A stretch of 64,000 nt of DNA from Acidobacteriota bacterium. GTDB lineage: Bacteria; Acidobacteriota; Thermoanaerobaculia; Multivoradales; Multivoraceae. The DNA lies in the NCBI GenBank assembly GCA_029263415.1, contig JAJCXN010000028.1:64013-128012 (forward strand), in the 5' to 3' direction. Of the stretch, positions 7,831 through 17,967 are shown one piece after another; position 1 is the stretch's first letter, and each line of letters begins with the position of its first letter. The notes below the pieces were generated by a model that had not been told where the DNA came from, ran no database searches, and saw only the letters and a list, made by a program, of their open reading frames with translations. The translations under genes were made by a program, and so were the position numbers.

Positions 7831-8796
7831 CTATCGGTCGTAGTAGTCGCGAAACCACTCAACGAACCGAGGCACACCCTCAGCGATAGACGTCATCGGT
7901 TGATACCCCAACATCCTCCGCGCCTTCGAGATGTCGGCGGAGGTGCGCTGAACGTCGCCCAGCTGCATGGGCAAAAACTGCTTCTCAGCTTCTTTGCCGC
8001 AAGCGCGCTCAATGTGTGCGATGAAGTCCATTAGTTGCTCGGTCTGGCCGCGACCTAGGTTGATGATCTCGTGCTCGTAGTTTTTCTCGACCGCTGCAAC
8101 CACACCACTAGTGATGTCATCGACAAAGGTGAAGTCGCGCTGCATCTGGCCTTGGCCAAAAACCTTGATTGGCCGGCCTTCAAGGATCGCATCGGTGAAC
8201 AAGAACAGCGCCATATCAGGACGACCCCACGGCCCGTAGACCGTAAAGAAGCGCAGCCCCGTGGCCTTGAGATCGTAAAGGCGATGGTACACACCCGCCT
8301 GGAGCTCGTTGCTCTTCTTGGTCATCGCATACAGCGACGCTTGACTCTCGGTGCGCAACGTCTCGGTCAACCCGTCAACCTCCTGATCGCCGTAGACCGA
8401 GCTGGTAGACGCATAGACTAGCCCTTGCACCTCGAATCGACGACAACGTTCGATGACCTCATGAAAGCCCGAGAGATTGTCCCGAATGAAGTCGCCCGGG
8501 TGATCGATGGAGTGACGCACGCCAGCTTGAGCAGCTAGATGACACACCCTGTTGTCGCCACAACCGCTCATCAGTTCGGCGAAGGCCTTGTCGAGAGCCG
8601 GACCGTCACACAACTCTGCACGGTGGAAGCTAAAACCGTCGCGGGCCTCGAGCTGCGACAGCCGGCGCTCCTTGAGGGCAGCATCGTAATACGCGTTGAC
8701 GTTGTCGTAGCCGATTACTTCATATCCAGCATCCAACATCCGCACTGCGGTATGGAAACCAATGAAGCCGGCGCAGCCAGTCAGCAATACTCTCAA
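7831..8796 (-). CDS. NAD-dependent epimerase (UDP-glucuronate 4-epimerase-like)
   Basis: LLTGCAGFIG, HLAAQAGVRHS, YASTSSVYG, YAMTKK (YxxxK), LRFFTVYGPWGRPDMA. Probable TTG start at 8796 after GGAG; the ORF extends to 8856. Confidence 0.9.
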   Translation of the reverse strand: MRVLLTGCAGFIGFHTAVRMLDAGYEVIGYDNVNAYYDAALKERRLSQLEARDGFSFHRAELCDGPALDKAFAELMSGCGDNRVCHLAAQAGVRHSIDHPGDFIRDNLSGFHEVIERCRRFEVQGLVYASTSSVYGDQEVDGLTETLRTESQASLYAMTKKSNELQAGVYHRLYDLKATGLRFFTVYGPWGRPDMALFLFTDAILEGRPIKVFGQGQMQRDFTFVDDITSGVVAAVEKNYEHEIINLGRGQTEQLMDFIAHIERACGKEAEKQFLPMQLGDVQRTSADISKARRMLGYQPMTSIAEGVPRFVEWFRDYYDR

Positions 8797-8830
8797 GGCA
8801 ACAACACTCCAGTATCCAAGGCCCCGTGGA

Positions 8831-11800
8831 CTAACGTGCTCGCCAGCGTTCGGCAAGATCAGCGACAGGTTCTATCAGTAACTGCTCTACGGACAACTCA
8901 AGCAAATGGTCTTCTCTGAAGGTGTCTTCGGTCTCCATGACTGCATCGCGCAGCTGCTCGTAGCGATTGCGGTAGCCCTGCAGAACGCCACGCAACACCG
9001 GCACGGTACAACGATCTTCGAGTTGGATGTGGATCAGCACTAACCCCTGCGTGCGGCCAGCCGCAACTTCGGGAACTAGAATGAACAGCCGACCGTCTGA
9101 ACTCCCGCGAGCGACCAACACCCGTCGGTCGAGCGCCACTCGCCGCTTGGTGCCGCGCAACACAGGCTTGTGCGCGGTGCGCGACTCAAAATCTCGCGCC
9201 ATACCAGAAGCGTCGAGCTTTCTGATCACGCACTTCTCGTCGGCGGGGTCGCCCTCGATGAGGTACCTGGTATGACCCAAGACCCGAAGCACAGCCGAAT
9301 CCAACGCCGCCAAGGTCTTCAGATCCGCGTACGAGACGCGATCGCGATCGCCACCGCTGTCGAGGACGGCCGCCACCAAGGGCACCGTCAGAAGCGCTTC
9401 GTCGCTACGCGAAATTCCAACCGTCACCGTCTTCGCTTGATGCTTGATGGCATCGACCGGCCTGGTGAGTTCGTCGATGCCTTGAGTCAGTGCACCGCTC
9501 AAGGCCTCGATCACCGAAGCTGGGCTTGCTGGGCCGCCGAAAATGGCCGCGTGTCCCTCCAGGGTGATCTGCCCCATCACGGTGCGCAACAAGAGACCAA
9601 CTTCAGTCGCAGTCGAGGCTTCGAGATGTCCGTTGTAGGACCCCTTCGCGAGCTCATCCAAGAAGAGTTGCATCTGTGCTGCGGACTGGGCCAGCAGTGA
9701 GGAGAAGAATTCGGCCTGCTCTCCTTGCTCGATCCAACGATGAGCGAGCTCTTCGATGCTCGAGCGCACCTGGCGCAACGGCGTGGCCTGGGCATCGATG
9801 GCAAGAGCGGCTGCGTAACCAAACAGGTGGCCCGCGAGCGAGGCCAGCACGAAATCAAGCGATGGGTGGACTCGGGGCACATTGATGACTGCTGAAGCAG
9901 CGTTGAATCGCTGTTCGCCTTCGCTTGCGATCACCACTGTGGTCGCCTTGTGAGCGCGGTAGATGGCAACTTCTTTGGCCACATCGTCAGCGGTGGAACC
10001 TTCAAGGCCCGCGGCACAAACAACGATCATCGGTTCAGACGACAGATCGATGTGCTTCTTGTCCTCGGTTGCATCACACGCGATCGACTTGTAGCAAAGC
10101 TCCGACAACTTGATCCGCACTTCTTCAGCAGCGATCCGGTTGAGGCCGTTCCCCACCAGAGCCCAGTACCGATGGGGCGTTACCAGGCGACCCGCGATGT
10201 TCGAAATCTCTCCACGGAGCCCGATCACACTCCGCAGAGCATCTGGAAGACGACGCAGGTTAGCGATCAAATCAGCGATCTTCCGGTGCGGTGTCGCCTC
10301 ACCTAACACGCGTTCGGTCAAACCAATGGTAAGCAACAACCCCGCTGCGATCTGGGAGTAGAAGGCCTTGGTGGAAGCGACACTCATCTCCACATCGCGA
10401 CCGTCAGAAGTGAACAAGACTCCGTCGGCCTTGTCGCAAAGATCACTGTTGCGCCGATTGACGATCGCCAGCACACCAGCCCCGCGGGACCGCACCAGGT
10501 CAACCGTCCGGTTGGTATCGGTGGTGGTACCCGATTGGCTGATGGCGATCACGAGAGTATCGCTCATCTCCGCTCGCATACCGAAGCCTGACAACTCGGT
10601 TGCCGGCAGAGCCCGCACCTCGCGGAGCCGGTCGCCTAGGAATCGCGCCATGACCTCCGCGATACCCCGACCGGCGACCGCAGCCGTGCCTTGACCGATG
10701 ACCAAAATGCGCTCGATGGCGCCACTCGTCAATCGTTCCTCGATCGATGCCGGGATGGTCGACTCCCCCAACACGACGCTGAGCGCGCCATCGTCGGTCT
10801 TGCGGAATCGGCCGCGCAGAGTCTTCTCGAACGACCGGGGCGCCTCCGAGATTTCCTTCAGCAGGTAGTGCGCATAGTCACCGCGATCGACGTCGCGAGT
10901 GGTGATCTCGGCGATCCGCACGTCGTCCTCAGTTATCGGCAACTCGGTTCCATCATAGGAGAGCAGAGCAAGGCCCTCGAGACTCCCAGCGAGCGCACCA
11001 TCAAGCGTCATCACCTGGCCGCGGGATCCGTTCGGGTTGTCTGGATTGCCCGGAGTCTCTCCATCAAGCCGCACATAGCGATCGCAGAGTTCGACCACGC
11101 CGTACAACTCGGACGCAACGATGAATGTGTCTTCTGCCAATCCCACGTACACCGCCTGGCCCGATCCATAGAGCGCGAGCATCATCTTTCCGGGCTCCTG
11201 CGCCGCCTGCAGGCCAATAGCAACCGAGCCCCTGAACGACGCGACCGTGTCGAGGAAGGCCTTTTCGAGACTACTGCCGGTAGCCAGGTGCTGAGACACC
11301 AATGCTGGGATCACCTTGGTGTCGGTGGTGATCTCGTCCGCGAAATCCAGACCCGCCTGCGACTTAAGGTCAGCGTAGTTGTCCACATCTCCGTTGTGGA
11401 CCGCGACCGCGTAGGGCTCGTCGCCGCACCCGGGGTTGATCCCTTCTTGGTTGAGCGGGTGCGCGTTCGGTTCGGTGATGAGGCCGACGCTCGCCCAACG
11501 AGTGTGACCCAGCACAGCCACTCCAAGAGCAGAGCTACGCAGGGCACGAGCCAGGAGTTCGTCGTTTTCAATGTCTGCTCTGAGCGCTCGAACGTTGTCG
11601 CCCAGCTCGCCGATTTCCTTGGCGACCTTGAACACCAAGCTGAGGACGATTGAATCAGACGGGCCGGCCACGAATCGGACCTCGCGATTCTCGAACAAAC
11701 GAGACGTGCGCTCATTGACCGTAGCCGCAATATCGGGCGCCTGTGGGTCGAGCCCGTGACCACTCAACAGCAAGTGCAATCCCGCCGAGTCGCGGCCTCT

Positions 11801-12352
11801 GACCTCCATGCGATCGAGCGACGAAAGACTCTGGTGAATCGAGAGCGCCGCAGTCACCGCCTCGAGGCTCATAGAACCACTTCGGGACAGCAAACGCCTG
11901 ACCCCTTCAACCGCTCCGAGCGCATCGCGCGCGACGCTCCAAAGATTGTCGCGCTGTTTCAGCAGGGCGGCATTCGCTCTCTCCACGTCCACACTACGCA
12001 AAGACTCTAACGAGCCGGCAGCGGTGCCTCGCCCGTCGAGAACCGCCTCAATTCGATCGCACAGTTCAGTGCAACGGCTGGTCCGGTCCTGCACCAGGGC
12101 GACCAGCGACGAGTCCGCCAGCAACGCCCGGATTCCAGCAGGCGTCCGCACTGCAGAGACCACAGGATCCAGCAGCGTAGATGTGGCGTCGAGACCGTCG
12201 ATCTCGGCTGTTCCCAGAGCGGCGGTCGAATCGACGCACGAGCACAGGACCTCCAGCACCGAATCGAAGGTCGCGCCGACTGTCGCGGCAAGCTCGGGCG
12301 CGTCACTCCTCGACGGATCGGGTCTGCGCAGAATGGCAATGATGCCGCACAT
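8831..12352 (-). CDS. Very long (1173 aa) GlmS-like glutamine:fructose-6-P amidotransferase
   Basis: N-terminal MCG, RGRDSAG, HTRWAS, HPLN, VHNG, TDT, SQSGTTTDT, VASTKAF, KLSELCY and AKTVTVG map onto GlmS motifs, with large insertions and a C-terminal extension. Confidence 0.85.
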   Translation of the reverse strand: MCGIIAILRRPDPSRSDAPELAATVGATFDSVLEVLCSCVDSTAALGTAEIDGLDATSTLLDPVVSAVRTPAGIRALLADSSLVALVQDRTSRCTELCDRIEAVLDGRGTAAGSLESLRSVDVERANAALLKQRDNLWSVARDALGAVEGVRRLLSRSGSMSLEAVTAALSIHQSLSSLDRMEVRGRDSAGLHLLLSGHGLDPQAPDIAATVNERTSRLFENREVRFVAGPSDSIVLSLVFKVAKEIGELGDNVRALRADIENDELLARALRSSALGVAVLGHTRWASVGLITEPNAHPLNQEGINPGCGDEPYAVAVHNGDVDNYADLKSQAGLDFADEITTDTKVIPALVSQHLATGSSLEKAFLDTVASFRGSVAIGLQAAQEPGKMMLALYGSGQAVYVGLAEDTFIVASELYGVVELCDRYVRLDGETPGNPDNPNGSRGQVMTLDGALAGSLEGLALLSYDGTELPITEDDVRIAEITTRDVDRGDYAHYLLKEISEAPRSFEKTLRGRFRKTDDGALSVVLGESTIPASIEERLTSGAIERILVIGQGTAAVAGRGIAEVMARFLGDRLREVRALPATELSGFGMRAEMSDTLVIAISQSGTTTDTNRTVDLVRSRGAGVLAIVNRRNSDLCDKADGVLFTSDGRDVEMSVASTKAFYSQIAAGLLLTIGLTERVLGEATPHRKIADLIANLRRLPDALRSVIGLRGEISNIAGRLVTPHRYWALVGNGLNRIAAEEVRIKLSELCYKSIACDATEDKKHIDLSSEPMIVVCAAGLEGSTADDVAKEVAIYRAHKATTVVIASEGEQRFNAASAVINVPRVHPSLDFVLASLAGHLFGYAAALAIDAQATPLRQVRSSIEELAHRWIEQGEQAEFFSSLLAQSAAQMQLFLDELAKGSYNGHLEASTATEVGLLLRTVMGQITLEGHAAIFGGPASPASVIEALSGALTQGIDELTRPVDAIKHQAKTVTVGISRSDEALLTVPLVAAVLDSGGDRDRVSYADLKTLAALDSAVLRVLGHTRYLIEGDPADEKCVIRKLDASGMARDFESRTAHKPVLRGTKRRVALDRRVLVARGSSDGRLFILVPEVAAGRTQGLVLIHIQLEDRCTVPVLRGVLQGYRNRYEQLRDAVMETEDTFREDHLLELSVEQLLIEPVADLAERWRAR

Positions 12353-12504
12353 GATTGTCTACTTGGGTGCTTTCTTCTGTTGGGGGTCTGAGAAACTCAC
12401 ACGGCACAGGACTCGGCAACTGCTTGGCCAGCGTAGCGACCGCTCAGTGTCCACCCTATTGGGCGCGACAGTACCAGCAAACAACCCTCGAACCCGCCGC
12501 GGCT

Positions 12505-13716
12505 TTATCCCTCGAGCACACGCTCGAGAGCCGCCTTGAAGGCATCCTGGCTGTGCTCGGCTCGCACCATAGCCAACCCCGACTGGGCCAGGGCAGAACG
12601 CCGTACGGGGTCGCCGAGTAGCCCTACTATCGCATTTGCCCAGGCCTGCGGCGACGATCCGCCGGGCAGGCAAACTAGAGCAGGTTCTGCTCGGTTGTCA
12701 GTTCCGGTCGCGACCCCAGCCTCCGCCCAAGCTGAGGCCACGATCGGCACCGACTCGGCCCATGCTTCGAGCACCTTTACCGGTACTCCGGCACCCCCGA
12801 ATAGGGGCGCCACGGCCACCATAGCTCCAGCGAGGATTGAACGGAGATCTTGAGGATTGGCGACTAAGGTCACATCCCTCGACCGAAGTAGCGACTGAAG
12901 ACGGAACCCGGGACGCGCTCCTGCAACCACCAGTTCGGCCTCCGGAAGTTTCTGTTTGACCAAAGGCCACACCTTTCCAGCAAACCACTGGGCCGCAAGG
13001 TCGTTAACGAAATAGCCGAGGTTGCCAGTGAGGGCGACCGTCATCAGCTCGCTTTCCCTACGACTCTGCTCAGCGAGGACCACGTGCAGCGGCACCACCG
13101 ACGCCTTGCCCACTGCCTTTGGCGCGAACCTTCTGAGCTCTTGCAAGTCTCGGTCACAGACCAGACAGACACCATCGGCCAACTCCGTCACCCGAACCTC
13201 CGCACGCCGAAGCCGTCTTGTCTCTACGGACCAAAGTGGTCTCAACCACCATCGATCGAGTCGCGCGCGTTGGGCAAAATTGAGGGACAGCGTGTCGATC
13301 AGATCCACCACGACTCTCGGGCGTTGGTGCTGTCGCCTCCCCCGCAAAGCACGCACTACGCTCTTGAGTAGACGAAGCTGACGAGCCAGCTGGATCACCA
13401 CCACATCACCGTTGCGTAGGTCGCCAAGCCGGGCAAGCGCAGCCCTCTCGAGAGCGCTCGAGCGGAAGGGGATCGACTGCAACGGCGCACCGCCGAGACA
13501 TTCCACCGCTGCTCGAGTGCGATCTAAGGTACTCGGCGCATGCGCTGCCACCTTCATGCCTTGCGGCGGCTGCGCATCGCCTAGCGCCTCTTCAGCACAC
13601 AACACCTCGACCGTGTAGCCGAGCTCTTGGAGGCCGCTAGCAAAGTCGCGAGCGCGCATCTGATCGCCACGCAGGGGCGGCCAGGGGTGGCGTGCGGCTA
13701 AAACTAAGGCTCTCAT
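12505..13716 (-). CDS. Glycosyltransferase, GT4/GT-B family
   Basis: MRALVLAARHPWPPLRGDQMRA N-terminus, FAGKVWPLV, GVPVKVLEAWAESVPIVAS (ExxxxxxP-type motif). Start set at ATG 13716. Confidence 0.8.
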   Translation of the reverse strand: MRALVLAARHPWPPLRGDQMRARDFASGLQELGYTVEVLCAEEALGDAQPPQGMKVAAHAPSTLDRTRAAVECLGGAPLQSIPFRSSALERAALARLGDLRNGDVVVIQLARQLRLLKSVVRALRGRRQHQRPRVVVDLIDTLSLNFAQRARLDRWWLRPLWSVETRRLRRAEVRVTELADGVCLVCDRDLQELRRFAPKAVGKASVVPLHVVLAEQSRRESELMTVALTGNLGYFVNDLAAQWFAGKVWPLVKQKLPEAELVVAGARPGFRLQSLLRSRDVTLVANPQDLRSILAGAMVAVAPLFGGAGVPVKVLEAWAESVPIVASAWAEAGVATGTDNRAEPALVCLPGGSSPQAWANAIVGLLGDPVRRSALAQSGLAMVRAEHSQDAFKAALERVLEG

Positions 13717-13920
13717 TGCGGGGCTGTTGGTCGGTAGGTGCACAAGACATGGGACGTGTCGGGCGTGGCGTCGGGCGTGGCGACTCAGGCAACATCTTGC
13801 CCGGCGCTTCGTCGCAGCCTGAGCTTACGGACTTCTGCGCCTAGAGTGCGCGTATCATTCAGCCTCTCAACTCCGTCGGTCAACCTCAAGGAGAGCTTGA
13901 CCCGTCTAGCGAGGAACACT

Positions 13921-15099
13921 GTGCCTAAGTATCCCCAACTCGGCTCTCTGACCGACGCCATGAGCGCGGCCGTTTTCTCGTCGCTGGTCTCGCGGCTCAA
14001 TACTGAGGGAGAGACCTTTCCGCTGCACGTGGGAGACACCTGGCTCGACCCGACGCCGACCGCACAAATGCAAGCGCTTCTGACCCAAGAACACCCCGAC
14101 CTCCATCGCTACGTGGCACCACACGGGCACGGCCCGCTGCGTCGGGCACTGCTGGAACGAGAACGCGGCGCTAAAGGCGCGCCGATCAAGGACGATCAGC
14201 TCCTGGTCACAGCGGGCGCGACCGCGGGGCTCCATTGCTCCTTGAGCGCCATGCTCGAACCGCAAGATGAAGTTCTTGTCTTAGCGCCCCACTGGCCGTT
14301 GATCGTCGGCATCGTCCGCGCTTGTCGTGGAGTGCCGGTGACGGTTGATGTGCTCGACCTGCTGGAAGGCAACGCGAGTGACGCCGACGCTTTCTTGGAT
14401 CGGGTCGAACGCAGCCTCAGCCCGCGCACAACGGCTCTCTACTTGAGCTCGCCCAACAATCCCACCGGCAGGGTCCTGCCAAAGAGCGTGTTGGAGGCCC
14501 TGGTCGCTTGGGCCGCCCGCCACGACCTATGGGTGATCTCAGATGAGGTGTATGAGCACTATGCCTTCTCGGTGGACCACGCGCATGGAGCCCAGTTCGA
14601 CCCTGAGCGCACCGTCAGCTCCTACTCATTTTCTAAGTCCTACGGACTCGCAGGCGGACGCTGCGGCTACATCACCGGACCTAAGGCGCTGATCGCAGAG
14701 GCCGTGAAGGTCGGCACCCACACCTTCTATTCAACCCCAACGATGACGCAGATCGCAGCCCTTCACGCCTTGCGAGACGGAGACGAGTGGCTCAGCGAGG
14801 CCAAGGCCGCCTACCGAAGCGTCGGCGAGGAATCTGCTGAGATTCTCGGGGTGAGGCCACCCGAAGGTGGCACCTTCTTGTTCCTAGACTTAGGTGCCTC
14901 GATCGAACGCAACGCCGCCGACCCTCACGCAACACCAGGTCTTCTAGGAGTGCTCGAGGCCTGTGCAGACCGCGGATTGCTACTGGCACCAGGACCGAGC
15001 TTCGGCCCGTATCCTGAGATGGCTCGCTTCTGCTTCACCTGTCTCGAACCGAAGCAGACTCTAGCTGGCGCACGATTGCTGTGCGAGATCCTCGACTGA
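13921..15099 (+). CDS. PLP-dependent aminotransferase class I/II
   Basis: LLVTAGATAGL, SPNNPTG, VISDEVY, SFSKSYGLAGGRCG (PLP lysine). GTG start 13921 after GAGGA. Confidence 0.9.
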   Translation: MPKYPQLGSLTDAMSAAVFSSLVSRLNTEGETFPLHVGDTWLDPTPTAQMQALLTQEHPDLHRYVAPHGHGPLRRALLERERGAKGAPIKDDQLLVTAGATAGLHCSLSAMLEPQDEVLVLAPHWPLIVGIVRACRGVPVTVDVLDLLEGNASDADAFLDRVERSLSPRTTALYLSSPNNPTGRVLPKSVLEALVAWAARHDLWVISDEVYEHYAFSVDHAHGAQFDPERTVSSYSFSKSYGLAGGRCGYITGPKALIAEAVKVGTHTFYSTPTMTQIAALHALRDGDEWLSEAKAAYRSVGEESAEILGVRPPEGGTFLFLDLGASIERNAADPHATPGLLGVLEACADRGLLLAPGPSFGPYPEMARFCFTCLEPKQTLAGARLLCEILD

Positions 15100-15136
15100 C
15101 TATTCCAACCCAGACTCTCTCTCGAGTAAATATCCC

Positions 15137-15988
15137 ATGACTCCGAATCCCGGCCCGCTCAGCAACCGGTTCCTAGCCGCCGCAATCAACATGACCTCGA
15201 CCTCCGATGAGGAGGCCAATTGGAACAGCGCAAGATCCTTGATCGAGAAAGCCGCTAGCCATGGCGCTCGATTCATCGTCACTCCCGAATGCACCAACTA
15301 TCTGGGGCCACACCCGCGCAAGGTCGAACTCGCAGAAACTCTCGAAGGAACCACCTGCCAGCGCTTTTCAGACCTCGCCGCGCGTTTGCGATTGCACCTT
15401 CTGCTGGGATCCTTCAACGAAAAGAGTCACGAGACCGACCGCTGCTACAACACCTCGGTCCTGTTCGGACCTGACGGAGCAATCCTCGGCACCTACCGCA
15501 AACTCCACCTGTTCGACGTCGATCTGTCTCCCGAGGTTCGCTTCTTCGAGTCCGCAACCTGCCGACCCGGCAAGGAGATCTCTTGTATCGAAACGGCTCT
15601 CGGGACCATCGGCCTCACTATCTGCTACGACCTGCGCTTCCCTGAACTCTACCGGCGCTTACTAGACTTAGGTGCCCAGCTACTCTGCGTGCCCTCCGCC
15701 TTCACCATGGCCACCGGCAAAGATCACTGGCATGTATTGCTGCGCGCGCGAGCCATCGAAACCCAATGTTGGCTCATCGCCGCTGGTCAATGTGGCGAAC
15801 ACGACGACGAAGGCCTTCGCCACAGTTACGGCCACTCGGTGATCATTGACCCGTGGGGCGTGGTGCGGGCCGAACTCGGTGAAGAGCCTGGAATTGCACT
15901 GGCTGAGGTCGATCTAGCAGCGGTACAGCGGGTTCGGGACGGCCTTCCCATGACCCAACACAGGCGACTCGGCGTGGACATCGTCTAA
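15137..15988 (+). CDS. Carbon-nitrogen hydrolase (Nit1/Nit2-like amidase)
   Basis: E-K-C triad in VTPECT, YRKLHLFD, ICYDLRFPE; LLRARAIETQ; GHSVIIDPWG. Confidence 0.92.
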   Translation: MTPNPGPLSNRFLAAAINMTSTSDEEANWNSARSLIEKAASHGARFIVTPECTNYLGPHPRKVELAETLEGTTCQRFSDLAARLRLHLLLGSFNEKSHETDRCYNTSVLFGPDGAILGTYRKLHLFDVDLSPEVRFFESATCRPGKEISCIETALGTIGLTICYDLRFPELYRRLLDLGAQLLCVPSAFTMATGKDHWHVLLRARAIETQCWLIAAGQCGEHDDEGLRHSYGHSVIIDPWGVVRAELGEEPGIALAEVDLAAVQRVRDGLPMTQHRRLGVDIV

Positions 15989-16147
15989 GGGGGTATCGCC
16001 AGGGTCGGCGAGAAGATCTCCCTGTTGCCGTTGCGAGGCGTATTCGCAGCAAGACCATGGAGAACGTGCACCCCTCCGCATACAATCTCTGTTTGACCCC
16101 AAACCCGTGCTGCTTCCTTAAGCCCCACAACCCACGAAAGCCACCAA

Positions 16148-17929
16148 ATGGGCATCGACGTCCTCATCCTGATCGCCATCTTGGTCGGCACTCTGCTTGC
16201 CTTTACCTTCGACTGGGCTCCCATCGACGTGGTGGCGCTGACCTGTCTTGCCTTGCTGCTGCTGACCAATCTGATCTCGGCCGACGAGGCCATCGCCGGT
16301 TTCTCGAACCCTGCAGTGATCACGGTAATGATGCTGTTCATCTTGTCTTATGGGCTGACTCATAGCGGCGTTCTCGACAAGCTCGGGCGCAAGATTGCGC
16401 AACTGGCGGGTAAGAAATCGTGGTTCGCCTCGGCTTCACTCATCCTGATCGCGGGCGTTCTCTCCGCCTTTATCAACAACACCGCTGCGTTGGCGATCTT
16501 TCTTCCAGTATCGATTCAACTGGCACGGCACTACAAGTTCTCGCCATCCAAAATCCTGCTACCCCTGTCGTATGTGTCCATCATCGGCGGCACCTGCACC
16601 CTGATCGGCACCTCGACCAATCTCCTGGTGAGTGGCATCGCCGTGAGCATGTTTGGCATGGAGCCCTTCGGTGTCTTCGAGTTCTTTGGCCTGGGTTCCA
16701 TCTTGTTCGTGGTCGGCGCGACCTACACCTTGCTGATACCCATGAAGTTCTTGCCACCTCGCGCGGACAGCTCAAACCTCACCAAGAAGTACCGCTTGTC
16801 GAACTTCCTAACCGAGATCAAGATCCCGGAAGGCTCCAACATCATCGGCATGACGGTGGTCGATGCCCAAATCAACCAGCGCTTCCAGCTGAACGTGCTT
16901 GAGATCCTCAGGGGCAGTGAGCGCATTGCTGCTGACTTGAGAAACAAGCCGCTCCAAGCCGACGACGTGATGATCATACGCGGCGATGTCGAGGGCCTCG
17001 TCAATCTGCGCGAGCGCTACGGCTTGCTGATGTTGACCGACATTAAGCTCGAGGATGCTGACCTCTCGGATGAGAACAACATCCTCTCTGAGATCCAGCT
17101 CTCCCCAACCTCGAGGCTCACCGGTAGCACCATCAAGGACATCGACTTTCGGCGACGCTACGGCTGTTTCGTGCTGGCACTCAATCGAACTGGCGAGATG
17201 ATCCGCGACAAGATCACCTACATTGAGCTCAAGAGTTGGGACACCCTGCTGGTGTTTGGCCCCAGGTCGCGCGTTGAGAGCCTCTACAGCACCGACGATT
17301 TCGTGCCCCTCGAAGAACTCAAGCTGCGGCTGCGGATGCCTAAGCGCTGGTGGGTCTCGCTGGTGATAATTCCCATCGTGGTGCTCTTGGCTGCCACCGG
17401 AGCGATGCCGATTCTCAAAGCGTCGTTGCTGGGAGCCGTCGCGCTGATCCTGTCGCGGGCGATCTCCATTCATCAAGCCTACGACTCGATCAACTGGACG
17501 GTGATTTTCTTGTTGGCTGCGATCTTGCCACTGGGCACAGCTATGACCAACACCGGACTCGGCGAGATGATCGGCGTGAGTATCGCCGACTTCGGCCAAG
17601 GCTACGGACCGCTCATGGTGCTGGCATTGATGTACCTAGTGACCGCGGTCTTGTCCGAGGTGGTGTCGAACAACAGCACTGCGGTGTTGATGGCGCCCAT
17701 CGCCTATACCGCCGCGACCAACCTCGGCGTCGACCCCAAGCCCATGCTAATGGCGGTGGCCTACGCTGCGTCTGCGAGCTTCCTCACCCCAATGGGCTAC
17801 CAAACCAACGCCATGGTCTACGGCCCGGGCGCTTACAAGTTCATGGACTACATGAAGTTCGGAGCGCCGCTGAAGGTCATCTTCTGGGCGTTGTCAATCT
17901 GGCTGATCCCCGTCTTCTGGCCACTGTAG
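16148..17929 (+). CDS. SLC13/DASS-family permease with two TrkA-C (RCK_C) domains
   Basis: Multi-TM, SAFINNT, GGTCTLIGTSTNLLV, central soluble TrkA-C repeats, SNNSTAVLMAPI, ASASFLTPMGYQTNAMVYGPG. Confidence 0.9.
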   Translation: MGIDVLILIAILVGTLLAFTFDWAPIDVVALTCLALLLLTNLISADEAIAGFSNPAVITVMMLFILSYGLTHSGVLDKLGRKIAQLAGKKSWFASASLILIAGVLSAFINNTAALAIFLPVSIQLARHYKFSPSKILLPLSYVSIIGGTCTLIGTSTNLLVSGIAVSMFGMEPFGVFEFFGLGSILFVVGATYTLLIPMKFLPPRADSSNLTKKYRLSNFLTEIKIPEGSNIIGMTVVDAQINQRFQLNVLEILRGSERIAADLRNKPLQADDVMIIRGDVEGLVNLRERYGLLMLTDIKLEDADLSDENNILSEIQLSPTSRLTGSTIKDIDFRRRYGCFVLALNRTGEMIRDKITYIELKSWDTLLVFGPRSRVESLYSTDDFVPLEELKLRLRMPKRWWVSLVIIPIVVLLAATGAMPILKASLLGAVALILSRAISIHQAYDSINWTVIFLLAAILPLGTAMTNTGLGEMIGVSIADFGQGYGPLMVLALMYLVTAVLSEVVSNNSTAVLMAPIAYTAATNLGVDPKPMLMAVAYAASASFLTPMGYQTNAMVYGPGAYKFMDYMKFGAPLKVIFWALSIWLIPVFWPL

Positions 17930-17955
17930 CTCCGTGCTTCGTAGCACGGAACTAC
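17926..17955 (+). terminator. Hairpin immediately after the SLC13 stop
   Basis: TCCGTGCT-tcgt-AGCACGGA perfect 8-bp stem, extended by GTAG/CTAC; no clear U-tract. Confidence 0.5.
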
Positions 17956-17967
17956 AGCGCTTTGCTC

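Noticed and set aside
12353-12504. glmS ribozyme upstream of the long glmS-like gene
   Set aside because: Only a loose GCGCC match; the conserved AGCGCC..ACU / GACGAGG core is absent.
13758-13781. 12-bp tandem duplication GTCGGGCGTGGC x2
   Set aside because: Only two GC-rich units; no functional inference can be supported.
13786-13802. Possible second sigma54 box (CGGGCAAGATGTTGC) facing the glycosyltransferase
   Set aside because: GG/GC spacing fits, but the TGGCAC core is poorly matched; likely chance at this GC.
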